NCBI GenBank assembly: GCA_948435375.1
Contig: CAOJGQ010000001.1
Coordinates: 34,949-98,948 of the forward strand
Source: an uncultured Candidatus Saccharibacteria bacterium
Lineage (GTDB): Bacteria; Patescibacteriota; Saccharimonadia; Saccharimonadales; Saccharimonadaceae
Direction of reading: 5' to 3'
DNA: 64,000 nucleotides
This document shows positions 1 to 8,698 of this stretch, one piece after another (position 1 is the stretch's first letter; every line of letters begins with the position of its first letter). The notes beneath the pieces are model-generated. The model was given only the letters and a program-made list of their open reading frames with translations. It searched no databases and had not been told where the DNA came from. Made by a program: the position numbers and the translations under genes.

Positions 1-1
1 C

Positions 2-838
2 AACACTCTAGGCAACTCAATTCGCCGCGTCTTGCTTTCCAGCATCAAAGGCGCCGCCATCACTGCCTTCAGTATTGACGGTGTTTCGCACGAATATACC
101 GCCGTTCCCGGCATCCGCGAAGACGTAGTCGACATCATGCTCAACCTTAAAAACATTCGTCTCAAGTCACATTCCGACGAACCAGTTGAAGCGACGCTCG
201 AAATCAAAGGCAGCAACACCGACGCTGAAAGCGCCGTGCTCGCCAAAGATATCAAGCTACCTGCCGACGTTGAACTTGGCAACCCTGACCAAATCATTTG
301 TCACATTGATGATCCAAATTACGTCCTCAAGATGAATTTTGTCATCGAGAACGGTCGTGGCTACTGGTCAATCGAGGATTCCAGCGAAAATCGTTTGCAC
401 AGCGACATGATTGCACTTGATGCTGTTTTCAGCCCGGTGCTACGCGTCCGCTTCAACGTTGAAAACACTCGCGTTGGTCAAGATACTAATCTTCAGCAAC
501 TCACCATCGCGGTAACCACTGACGGCACGATTACTCCGCAGGAAGCCTTCGAAGAAGCTAACGCAATCCTAGTCAACCAATACACCGCCCTAGCTGGCGG
601 CACCACCGTCGAAAGCGCTCCCGCTCCTGGTGTTGAAACCGAAACCGAAGATTCTGGTCTCAACTTACCAATCGAGGAGCTCGGCCTTTCGGCTCGCACC
701 GCCAACGCTTTAGTTAATAATAATATTAAAACCGTCCGCGATCTCGTCGCCCTTTCCGAAATCGATCTTAAAGATCTCAAAGGTTTCGGCCAAAAAGCTC
801 TTGACGAAGTGAAGGACAAACTAACGGAGTTACTGTAA
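2..838 (+). CDS. rpoA: DNA-directed RNA polymerase alpha subunit, 5'-truncated by the window edge
   Basis: The frame is open from base 2 (NTLGNSIRRVLLSSIKGAAITAF...). The C-terminus has an alpha-CTD-like helix-hairpin-helix (LGLSARTANALVNNNIKTVRDLVALSE). It is followed directly by rplQ, as in the conserved rpoA-rplQ arrangement. Confidence 0.93.
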   Translation, partial: NTLGNSIRRVLLSSIKGAAITAFSIDGVSHEYTAVPGIREDVVDIMLNLKNIRLKSHSDEPVEATLEIKGSNTDAESAVLAKDIKLPADVELGNPDQIICHIDDPNYVLKMNFVIENGRGYWSIEDSSENRLHSDMIALDAVFSPVLRVRFNVENTRVGQDTNLQQLTIAVTTDGTITPQEAFEEANAILVNQYTALAGGTTVESAPAPGVETETEDSGLNLPIEELGLSARTANALVNNNIKTVRDLVALSEIDLKDLKGFGQKALDEVKDKLTELL

Positions 839-1233
839 TGCATCGTCACGGATATAAGGGTCGCAAATTCGGCCGCGAAACCGACCAGCGACGGGCTTTG
901 CGACGTGGGCTAATCAAAGCTCTTATCGAAAATTTCGAAATCACGACTACTCTGGCCAAAGCCAAAGAAATTCGCCGTGAAGCCGAGAAAAACATCACCA
1001 TTGCGAAAAAAGGTGGTCTAGCTAATCGCCGGCTGCTCATCTCTCGCCTTGATGATCTTAAGACTGCCGATTTGCTAATGGACGTAATCGCCCCCCAAAT
1101 CAAGCGCGATTCCGGCTATCTACGCATTGAGCGTGCCGGATTCCGCCGCGGCGATAATGCCGAAATGGCCACCATCAGCTTTGTCGACAATATTAATTTA
1201 GACGCTCCTGCGGCAAAGAAGGAGAACAAATAA
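838..1233 (+). CDS. rplQ: 50S ribosomal protein L17
   Basis: 131 aa. MHRHGYKGRKFGRETDQRRALRRGL is the conserved L17 N-terminus. The ATG overlaps the rpoA stop (TAATG). Confidence 0.93.
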   Translation: MHRHGYKGRKFGRETDQRRALRRGLIKALIENFEITTTLAKAKEIRREAEKNITIAKKGGLANRRLLISRLDDLKTADLLMDVIAPQIKRDSGYLRIERAGFRRGDNAEMATISFVDNINLDAPAAKKENK

Positions 1234-1685
1234 TGAAAGGTGTCACAAAGACTTATAACCAAAAACCCGCTGATATCGCGCGTGAATGGTGGATCGTCGA
1301 TGCTAGCAAAATGCCACTCGGCAAACTTGCCGTTGTTATCGCCGACAAGCTAATGGGCAAGAGTAAGACCACCTACACCCCGCATGTCGATAACGGTGAT
1401 TACGTCGTTGTCATCAATGCCAAAAACATCCGAGTCACCGGCAATAAAATGACCGACAAAATGTATTACCGTCACAGCGGTTTCCCCGGCGGACTCACCG
1501 AGTTAAAACTTGAAGAAGTGATTGAGAAGAATCCTCAAGTCGCGATTGAGCACGCCGTCAAAGGCATGCTTCCGAAAAACAAACTAGCAGCTGGTCGACT
1601 CGCTAGGCTAAAAGTCTTCGGTGGTAGCGAGCACGCTCATACCGCCCAGACTCCAAAAGAAATCACTCTAGAGGAGACTAAATAA
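1233..1685 (+). CDS. rplM: 50S ribosomal protein L13
   Basis: 150 aa. WWIVDASKMPLGKLAVVIADKLMGK...TPHVDNGDYVVVINA is typical of L13. A GAAGGAG Shine-Dalgarno lies upstream and the start overlaps the rplQ stop. Confidence 0.95.
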   Translation: MKGVTKTYNQKPADIAREWWIVDASKMPLGKLAVVIADKLMGKSKTTYTPHVDNGDYVVVINAKNIRVTGNKMTDKMYYRHSGFPGGLTELKLEEVIEKNPQVAIEHAVKGMLPKNKLAAGRLARLKVFGGSEHAHTAQTPKEITLEETK

Positions 1686-2086
1686 TGGCAGAGAAAAATA
1701 CCTATCTCTACGGTCTTGGTCGGCGCAAATCCGCCACGGCTCGCGCTCGACTCTACAAAGGCAAAGGGAACATCACAATCAATGACAAAGATGCACTAGA
1801 ATATCTTTCCGGCAACAAAACCTATCTTGCCGAGATTACCGATCCGCTTGCCCTCACCGAAAAGCAAAACACCTACGATGTTACTATCAAGGTGAAAGGT
1901 GGCGGTCTGGCTGGACAAGTTGACGCAATCAAACTCGCTATCTCCAAAGCTATTACTACTGAGATGGCGGACCTGCGCCCAGTCCTGAAGAAAGCTGGCT
2001 TCTTGAAACGCGATCCTCGCGAAAAAGAACGCAAGAAATACGGTCTACGTTCCGCTCGCAAGAAAGAACAGTTCTCAAAGCGCTAA
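1685..2086 (+). CDS. rpsI: 30S ribosomal protein S9
   Basis: 133 aa. It has GLGRRKSATARARL and the basic C-terminus RKKYGLRSARKKEQFSKR. It forms the canonical rplM-rpsI pair. Confidence 0.95.
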   Translation: MAEKNTYLYGLGRRKSATARARLYKGKGNITINDKDALEYLSGNKTYLAEITDPLALTEKQNTYDVTIKVKGGGLAGQVDAIKLAISKAITTEMADLRPVLKKAGFLKRDPREKERKKYGLRSARKKEQFSKR

Positions 2087-2095
2087 GACGCAGAT

Positions 2096-2143
2096 ATTAT
2101 GTTGCTGGCGATGGGGGACCAGCAACATAATTTAATATTTTTG
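2096..2143 (+). terminator. Rho-independent terminator after rpsI
   Basis: A perfect 13-bp stem pairs ATTATGTTGCTGG (2096-2108) with CCAGCAACATAAT (2119-2131) around a 10-nt loop. A T-rich tail TTAATATTTTTG follows. Confidence 0.7.
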
Positions 2144-2212
2144 TCATGAGAAATCATCTCTCGGCTGACGCAAGTCAGGTCCTTTAGCTGATGAGAGTGT
2201 CACCGGATTTCG

Positions 2213-2851
2213 ATGACAAAAATATTAAATAAGGGTATGGAGGTTATGTTACCACAAGCTTTACAAAACGCAATTACTGCTTTAGGAAACTTACCTGGCG
2301 TCGGTGCTCGCACTGCCGAACGCTACGCTTATTATTTGTTCAAAAATAATGCTAAGCTCAGTACCGAAATCGCCGACGCTCTAAATAACCTTCACCTCGG
2401 CGTCAAATCCTGTCCAATCACCTTTGCCTTGATCGACTATGACGAAGAGGTTTCACCTTTTTACCAGAACCCCACGCGCGACAAATCAACCATTTTAGTC
2501 GTCGAAGAACCGCTTGATATCTATGCAATTGAACAAACTAAGCAATTCCGTGGCACCTATCACGTTCTTGGCGGCGCCATCTCGCCCATCGACGGCATTA
2601 CGCCCGATCAGCTTCATATCAAAGAGCTACTGGATCGTATCGAACCCGACAATGTGAAAGAAATTATTATCGCCACAAATCCTTCCGTCGAAGGGGAATC
2701 GACCGCTCTCCTGCTCCAAAAAATGCTTCACGAAAAATCTCCCGAAACGAAAGTTACCCGCCTCGCTCGCGGTCTACCACTCGGCGTCGATCTCTCCTAT
2801 GCCGACCAAATCACCCTTTCTGCTGCACTTGAAAATCGCACCGGTCTTTAA
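2213..2851 (+). CDS. recR: Recombination protein RecR (start uncertain: 2213, 2237 or 2246)
   Basis: It has the N-terminal helix-hairpin-helix LPGVGARTAERYAYYLF and a Toprim-like segment ILVVEEPLDIYAIEQT...IIIATNPSVEGESTA. ATG 2246 would place 15 aa before LPGVG, as in other RecR proteins. Confidence 0.9.
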   Translation: MTKILNKGMEVMLPQALQNAITALGNLPGVGARTAERYAYYLFKNNAKLSTEIADALNNLHLGVKSCPITFALIDYDEEVSPFYQNPTRDKSTILVVEEPLDIYAIEQTKQFRGTYHVLGGAISPIDGITPDQLHIKELLDRIEPDNVKEIIIATNPSVEGESTALLLQKMLHEKSPETKVTRLARGLPLGVDLSYADQITLSAALENRTGL

Positions 2852-2870
2852 TTATAAAGGAGAACTCCTA

Positions 2871-3395
2871 ATGTCTAACTCGGTTTTCAAAAAACTACTT
2901 ATCATTATTCTCGGTCTTGCACTTATTGGCAGCTGGTGTTTCGCTATTTTTAAACTTTCCGACATGGATTCCGCCGATTCGAACTCGAAAAGTACTTCAC
3001 TCGTCGAACAGGGCATCCGCAAAGTAATCGACTTTACTAACGAATACGATATCTCACAAACCTATCCTAGCGACGAAACAATCCAAGCCGCCACCAAATT
3101 CATCAACGCTCCGCTTCGCAAAGTCGCTCATGCCAGCGTCTATTGCGTCATGGCGACTCTCATAATTTTCATCGGCGTCATTTTATTTAATCATCGACAT
3201 TATTTCATGCTTGCACTCGCAACAATTTTGCTTTGTTTCATCTTTGCCCTCACCGACGAATATCATCAAACTTTCATCGACGGACGCACTGGGCAGATGC
3301 TTGACGTCGTCATTGATACCATAGGTGCGTGTATTGGCGTCATCATCGCTTCGACTTATCAACTTGCTTGGTGGCTTGGACGACGTTCAAATTAG
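2871..3395 (+). CDS. VanZ-like membrane protein
   Basis: AAAGGAGAA Shine-Dalgarno precedes ATG 2871. It has several TM helices and the VanZ-family signature TDEYHQTFIDGRTGQMLDVVIDTIGACIG. Confidence 0.6.
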   Translation: MSNSVFKKLLIIILGLALIGSWCFAIFKLSDMDSADSNSKSTSLVEQGIRKVIDFTNEYDISQTYPSDETIQAATKFINAPLRKVAHASVYCVMATLIIFIGVILFNHRHYFMLALATILLCFIFALTDEYHQTFIDGRTGQMLDVVIDTIGACIGVIIASTYQLAWWLGRRSN

Positions 3396-3531
3396 CAAAT
3401 TTCGTCTATCTTTGCAAGCACATCCGCGTTAAAAACGCAAAAAAGTATTCACAGAATCAGATTTTTATGATATAATCTTAAACAGTAAGCGAAATATCAA
3501 CCACGCCCAATAGAGTTAGGGTAATAACAAG

Positions 3532-3546
3532 TATATATATATATAT
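3532..3546. repeat. (TA)7 dinucleotide repeat abutting the start codon of the priming sugar transferase
   Basis: The sequence tatatatatatatat at 3532-3546 runs directly into ATG 3545-3547. Confidence 0.9.
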
Positions 3547-4237
3547 GAAAAACCACACCATGATTTTAGCTAATGCGATAGCGGAAGAGAATATTGCTAT
3601 AGAACGAGCAAGAAGTGCTCGTCGTGCATTTTTTGCCACCAAACGATTTTTTGACCTCACTATCTCATTTTTGATGTTGCCCACGCTCGGATTGACAACC
3701 ATTATCGTGAAATTGCTCTACCTATGCACCGGCGATTTGTCGCCGATTTTTTATCAACAAACTCGCATCACTAAAGGCAACAAGGAATTTGTAATCTACA
3801 AATTCCGTACCATGGTACGGAATTCCGACAATCTGCTCGCCAAGCTACTCGAAGATCCTGATTTTAGACAAGAATGGGAATCGCATCGCAAACTCGAAAA
3901 CGATCCCCGCATCACCAAAGTCGGAAAATTCCTCCGCAAAAGTTCAATCGACGAGCTACCCCAAATCCTAAACATTCTCAAAGGCGATATGTCTATCATC
4001 GGTCCGCGCCCGATTACGTGCCCCGAAGTCGAAGTCTACGGCGAGAACCAAGCGCTACTACTAAGCATTCGCCCCGGGCTCACCGGCTGGTGGGCCTGCA
4101 ACGGTCGCAGTTGCACCAGCGAAGACGAACGCCGCCGGCTCGAACTCTACTATTGCCAGAATCTATCTCTCGCCCTCGACGCAAAGTGCCTCGCGAAAAC
4201 CATCGTCAAGGTCATCAAACAAGAGGGGGCAAAATAA
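3545..4237 (+). CDS. Undecaprenyl-phosphate sugar phosphotransferase (bacterial sugar transferase family, small WbaP/EpsL-like)
   Basis: It carries the motifs KRFFDL, VIYKFRTM and DELPQILNILKGDMSIIGPRP that are characteristic of bacterial sugar transferases. It is the first gene of the glycan locus. Confidence 0.85.
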   Translation: MKNHTMILANAIAEENIAIERARSARRAFFATKRFFDLTISFLMLPTLGLTTIIVKLLYLCTGDLSPIFYQQTRITKGNKEFVIYKFRTMVRNSDNLLAKLLEDPDFRQEWESHRKLENDPRITKVGKFLRKSSIDELPQILNILKGDMSIIGPRPITCPEVEVYGENQALLLSIRPGLTGWWACNGRSCTSEDERRRLELYYCQNLSLALDAKCLAKTIVKVIKQEGAK

Positions 4238-6076
4238 ATGCCTCAAAAAAATAGTCAAAATCTAGTTTCTATTGTTACCCCTGTTTTTAATTGTGAAAAA
4301 TTAATCGCCCAAACAATCGCTTGCGTACAAAAACAAACTCATACAGAATGGGAGCTACTTTTAGTTGATGATTGCTCGACTGATCGATCTGCCGAGATTA
4401 TCAAAGAATTCGCTAAAAGAGATCCACGCATTCGCTACATAAAATTGTCCACCAATAGTGGAGCAGCCACCGCACGCAATCGTGCCCTAAGTGAATCAAA
4501 AGGCAAATTCATTGCCTATCTAGATGCAGACGATTTATGGAAAACGGATAAACTAGAGCGACAAATTGCTTTTATGCTCGTAAATCATTACGCTTTTACC
4601 TGCACAAATTACGAAAAAATAGACGAAAATGGCAAAAGTCTAAACAAAATTGTCAAACTCCCCGCAAAAATAGACTACAATACATTCCTAAAAAATACCA
4701 TCATCCAGACCGTTGGCGTAATGGTCAACACCGACCTAACCGGCGGCAAAGAACTACTCATCATGCCGAACATTCGTCGCCGCCAGGATGCCGCCACCTG
4801 GTGCCAGCTTCTCAAAAATGACTTCGATTGTTATGCCATCCCCGAAACTCTATCATATTACAGAGTAGTTAAACACTCATTATCGAGTAACAAACTTAAA
4901 GCCGCCAAAATGAATTGGCACTGGTACCGCAAAATTGAGCATTTATCCTTAATAAAAACCTGCTATTGTTTTACTGGCTATGCACTTCATGCTATTAAAA
5001 AACGTGTCTATCTACCAAAACGCTCTAGTCACACTAAGCCACATCAGCGGGTTTTATATATTGCCACCATGGCCACCAAAAGAGAACGCTTTGATGGAGA
5101 AACTACAAAATGTAATCTCCTCAAAGAATACCTAGACAGTCTTAACGAAATTAAGCTAACGAGTATAGATACCGACAATTGGAAAAAAAGAGCTCTCCTT
5201 TTAGTCAGACAAGTTCTTTTTAGCCTTCCGAAAAACGATATACTCATTATATCTGCAGCCAATCGCGGTGCGCATATCATTTTAACTTTCTTACACAGAA
5301 TCAAAAGTCGTAAACCTCTCTATTATTTCGTAATCGGCGGATCGCTCGCAGAAGACATCGAAAAGCATCACTGGAAGATACAATCATACCAAAAAGCTAC
5401 CAAAATCTATGTTGAGTCTAAGAAATTGAAGAACGCCCTAGAAAAATACAGCCTTAAAAACGTTGAAGTCATTAATAACTTCAAGAAAATACAAACTTTT
5501 ACGTCCCAATACAAAAAAACAAAAAACATAAAATTTGTTTTTTACGGCAGAATTATCAAAGAAAAAGGTATCGAAGAAGCCATCAAACTCGTCAAAAGGC
5601 TAAACGCCGAAAACATCGCGAGCACTCTCGACATCTATGGACAATGCAAAAACGAATACCTCAAAAAGTTACAAACAACTTTCGATCATAATATAAGATA
5701 TCACGGAACGCTGAAACCAGACCACAAAACCGAATATGAAACATTATCCGCCTACGATATTTTTATCCTTCCAACCGAATATCCTGGAGAATGTCTTCCT
5801 GGAGCGCTGATAGACGCATATATCGCCGGTCTTGCCGTAATCGTATCTAACTGGCAATACGCCAAAGAATATGTCACAGACAATAAAAACGGCAAAATTT
5901 TTCAATATGGTAATTACGACGATATGTATCAAAAAACAGTCAAACTAATTCGTGAAGACAACATTCAAGAATACAAACAACAATCTAAAGAATTAGCGAA
6001 GAAATACGACATCAAAAACGTTCTACAAGAGTTTAGACATGTATTATTAGAAAGCAAAAAACAAAGGAAAGCATGA
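4238..6076 (+). CDS. Two-domain glycosyltransferase (N-terminal GT2-like, C-terminal GT4/GT-B-like)
   Basis: The N-terminus VSIVTPVFNCEKLIAQTIACVQKQTHTEWELLLVDDCSTD...YLDADD is a GT2 signature. The C-terminus IFILPTEYPGECLPGALIDAYIAGLAVIVSN is a GT-B/GT4-type EX7E region. Confidence 0.75.
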   Translation: MPQKNSQNLVSIVTPVFNCEKLIAQTIACVQKQTHTEWELLLVDDCSTDRSAEIIKEFAKRDPRIRYIKLSTNSGAATARNRALSESKGKFIAYLDADDLWKTDKLERQIAFMLVNHYAFTCTNYEKIDENGKSLNKIVKLPAKIDYNTFLKNTIIQTVGVMVNTDLTGGKELLIMPNIRRRQDAATWCQLLKNDFDCYAIPETLSYYRVVKHSLSSNKLKAAKMNWHWYRKIEHLSLIKTCYCFTGYALHAIKKRVYLPKRSSHTKPHQRVLYIATMATKRERFDGETTKCNLLKEYLDSLNEIKLTSIDTDNWKKRALLLVRQVLFSLPKNDILIISAANRGAHIILTFLHRIKSRKPLYYFVIGGSLAEDIEKHHWKIQSYQKATKIYVESKKLKNALEKYSLKNVEVINNFKKIQTFTSQYKKTKNIKFVFYGRIIKEKGIEEAIKLVKRLNAENIASTLDIYGQCKNEYLKKLQTTFDHNIRYHGTLKPDHKTEYETLSAYDIFILPTEYPGECLPGALIDAYIAGLAVIVSNWQYAKEYVTDNKNGKIFQYGNYDDMYQKTVKLIREDNIQEYKQQSKELAKKYDIKNVLQEFRHVLLESKKQRKA

Positions 6077-7206
6077 AGAAAATTTTAATATTTCAGCCAA
6101 AGGAAGCACTTGCCCCATTTGGTGGTCCAGCAGGATATCTTTTTAATCTTAGTCATGCTCTCGAGAGGCTAGATTATAAAGTAGAGTATATCAAAGGTGG
6201 AGCGCCCATCCAGAAAACATCCAGAAAATTACCACACCGTCTAATAGAATTTTTACGAGCAATAAAATATTCCAATATTCTGAAGGTTCATAAAAGCTAC
6301 GACCCGACTTGGCTAAAATATGACATTATACATTTCCATCGCACGCTAGACATGTACTATTACCGCAATTTTCTAAATAAGTATACCGGGAAAGTAGTTC
6401 TTACCTCGCATTCACCATGTGCCTACCATCAAGAAATGCTTAGCAAGTTAAACAAAACTGACTATCATCTTCTGAAAAAACACATTGACAGATTAGAGCA
6501 GATCGACCAATACGCTTTCTCGCGCGCTAATTACGTTATCTATCCTTGCGCTGAAGCCGAAGAACCATATTTTCATTCATGGTCCCAATACCAATCATTT
6601 CGTGACCCGAAGAAACTACGTTTCGTCCTGACCGGCATAGAACAATGCATACCAAAAATCCCCAAAGAAATTATCCGAGAAAAATATCAGCTCTCAGCTT
6701 CCGATCTCGTCATTTGTTATACCGGCAGACATAACAAGGTTAAAGGCTATGACAATCTAATCAAAATAGGCTTATCTGCGATAAAAGAACTCAACGCTAA
6801 AATATTAATCGCTGGCAAGCAGGGCAACATCCCAGCACCGCAAAATCCTTCATGGATTGAGATTGGGTGGACTAACGATCCATATTCAATTATTAATTCC
6901 GCCGACGTATTTATTTTACCTAACAGAGAAACTTACTTTGATATCGCCATGTTAGAAGCATTATCATTAGGAAAAATCATCCTTACTACCTACACTGGCG
7001 GCAATAAAATATTTAAAAACTTCGAAAACGCGGGCATTTTCTATTATGATTCAACCGAAGAGGCATTACGCCAACTACGCCATATCAAAAATCTCGACCC
7101 CACGACCAGACACAAATTAGAAAAACGCAATCAAGAAATTTTCTCCAAACATTTCACCAGCGAGATTTTTGCCAAAAACTACATCAAACTCATGGAGTCA
7201 TTATAA
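6073..7206 (+). CDS. Glycosyltransferase, GT4/GT-B-like
   Basis: 377 aa. The C-terminal part ADVFILPNRETYFDIAMLEALSLGKIILTT resembles the GT4 EX7E motif. The start overlaps the preceding gene (ATGA). Confidence 0.7.
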   Translation: MKKILIFQPKEALAPFGGPAGYLFNLSHALERLDYKVEYIKGGAPIQKTSRKLPHRLIEFLRAIKYSNILKVHKSYDPTWLKYDIIHFHRTLDMYYYRNFLNKYTGKVVLTSHSPCAYHQEMLSKLNKTDYHLLKKHIDRLEQIDQYAFSRANYVIYPCAEAEEPYFHSWSQYQSFRDPKKLRFVLTGIEQCIPKIPKEIIREKYQLSASDLVICYTGRHNKVKGYDNLIKIGLSAIKELNAKILIAGKQGNIPAPQNPSWIEIGWTNDPYSIINSADVFILPNRETYFDIAMLEALSLGKIILTTYTGGNKIFKNFENAGIFYYDSTEEALRQLRHIKNLDPTTRHKLEKRNQEIFSKHFTSEIFAKNYIKLMESL

Positions 7207-7225
7207 AGCATTCCGAGATAGCCAC

Positions 7226-8698
7226 ATGAAAAGTAAAATTACCAAAAATTATCTCTACAACCTAACCTACCAATTGTTTTTGATCGTCATACCGGTTTTT
7301 GTCACACCCTACGTCGCCCGCATCCTCGGCGACGTCCAGTCTGGCTATTATAGTTTTTCCTATTCCATTGTCAGCTACTTTATCCTCTTAGCATCACTGG
7401 GCTTTGGCTACTATGCGCAACGTGAAATTGCTAAATACCAAAATGACAAAACAAAACAAAGCATCTCATTTTGGGAAATAACTATCGTCAAATTTTTCAC
7501 CATGTTACTATCTCTAGTTATCTATCTAGTGATAGTAAAACTCGGTTTATTTGGCCAACAATACACCTCAATTATGCTAGTATTGTCGCTCGACATCATT
7601 GCAACAGCATTCGATATTACATTCATGTTTCGTGGTAACGAAAACTTTAAGACTATCGTAATCAGAAACATCGCAATCAAAATTTTAACCATCATCTGCA
7701 TCTTCACCCTCGTAAAAGACGCCAACGACCTATGGAAATATGCCTTGATTGAATCTACTAGCATACTACTAGGAAACTTAGTCTTATGGTTTTCATTGAA
7801 AAACAGCATCGCGAGAGTCAAGTTAAAAGAGCTGCGACCAATCCGGCATCTCGTCCCGGCTTTAATCCTATTTCTACCATCAATTGCAGTCTCAATCTAT
7901 ACTTCACTCGACAAAACTCTCATCGGCCTCATTACACATTCCGGTTCTGAAAATGGTAACTACGAATACGCCGAAAAGATTGTCAAAATGACACTAACCT
8001 TTGTCACGTCACTCGGAGCAGTCATGATACCTCGCAACTCACAAATACATGCTACACATGGGCATAAATCGCTTGAGCATAATATCCATCTATCACAACA
8101 TTTTGTCTTCCTCTTCGGCATCCCCCTAGCTTTTGGCTGCGCCATTATTGCCGATAATTTTATTCCGTGGTATCTAGGTCCAGACTACACCAAAGCCGCC
8201 ACCCTAATGAAGCTACTTTCCCCGCTAATCGTCATCATCGGCCTCAATAATCTTTACGGCCTACAGTTTTTAATTCCCACGAACAAAGATAAGAAATTTA
8301 CTTTTGCTATTCTCTGCGGAGCCTGTATTAACTTTACCCTCGACATTCTGCTTATCAATCTTTTCCAAAGCTATGGAGCTGCCATCGCCACTATCATCGC
8401 AGAGACAGTCGTAACTATTATCATGGGAGCATATGTCAGCCATTATATAAATAATAAACACGCCCTCCGTAAATCGTTCAAACCTCTCATAGCCGGCATC
8501 ATCATGTACGCCGTTGGTTTCTGTTTAAGCTGCAATTTATCCCCCAGTGTTTTTCACACTATCATCCTCGTCGCCAGCTGCGCTACTGTTTACACCGTTT
8601 CAATATCAATACTGAAAGATGAGCTATTCCAAACCATTACGCATAAAATCACAACGTTAATTTTTAAGCATAATAGCAAAAAGGAGATGAAAAAATGA
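7226..8698 (+). CDS. wzx: Polysaccharide flippase (Wzx/MOP family)
   Basis: About 490 aa and polytopic. The N-terminus KNYLYNLTYQLFLIVIPVFVTPYVARILG is typical of Wzx-type flippases. I chose ATG 7226 over the upstream in-frame extension. Confidence 0.75.
   Translation: MKSKITKNYLYNLTYQLFLIVIPVFVTPYVARILGDVQSGYYSFSYSIVSYFILLASLGFGYYAQREIAKYQNDKTKQSISFWEITIVKFFTMLLSLVIYLVIVKLGLFGQQYTSIMLVLSLDIIATAFDITFMFRGNENFKTIVIRNIAIKILTIICIFTLVKDANDLWKYALIESTSILLGNLVLWFSLKNSIARVKLKELRPIRHLVPALILFLPSIAVSIYTSLDKTLIGLITHSGSENGNYEYAEKIVKMTLTFVTSLGAVMIPRNSQIHATHGHKSLEHNIHLSQHFVFLFGIPLAFGCAIIADNFIPWYLGPDYTKAATLMKLLSPLIVIIGLNNLYGLQFLIPTNKDKKFTFAILCGACINFTLDILLINLFQSYGAAIATIIAETVVTIIMGAYVSHYINNKHALRKSFKPLIAGIIMYAVGFCLSCNLSPSVFHTIILVASCATVYTVSISILKDELFQTITHKITTLIFKHNSKKEMKK

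Noticed and set aside
2188-2195. CTGATGAG, the conserved hammerhead-ribozyme core octamer, lies in the rpsI-recR spacer.
   Set aside because: There is no GAAA core element after a plausible stem II, and I could not draw a stem III with a cleavage triplet. An 8-mer is expected by chance about twice in 128 kb of two-strand sequence.
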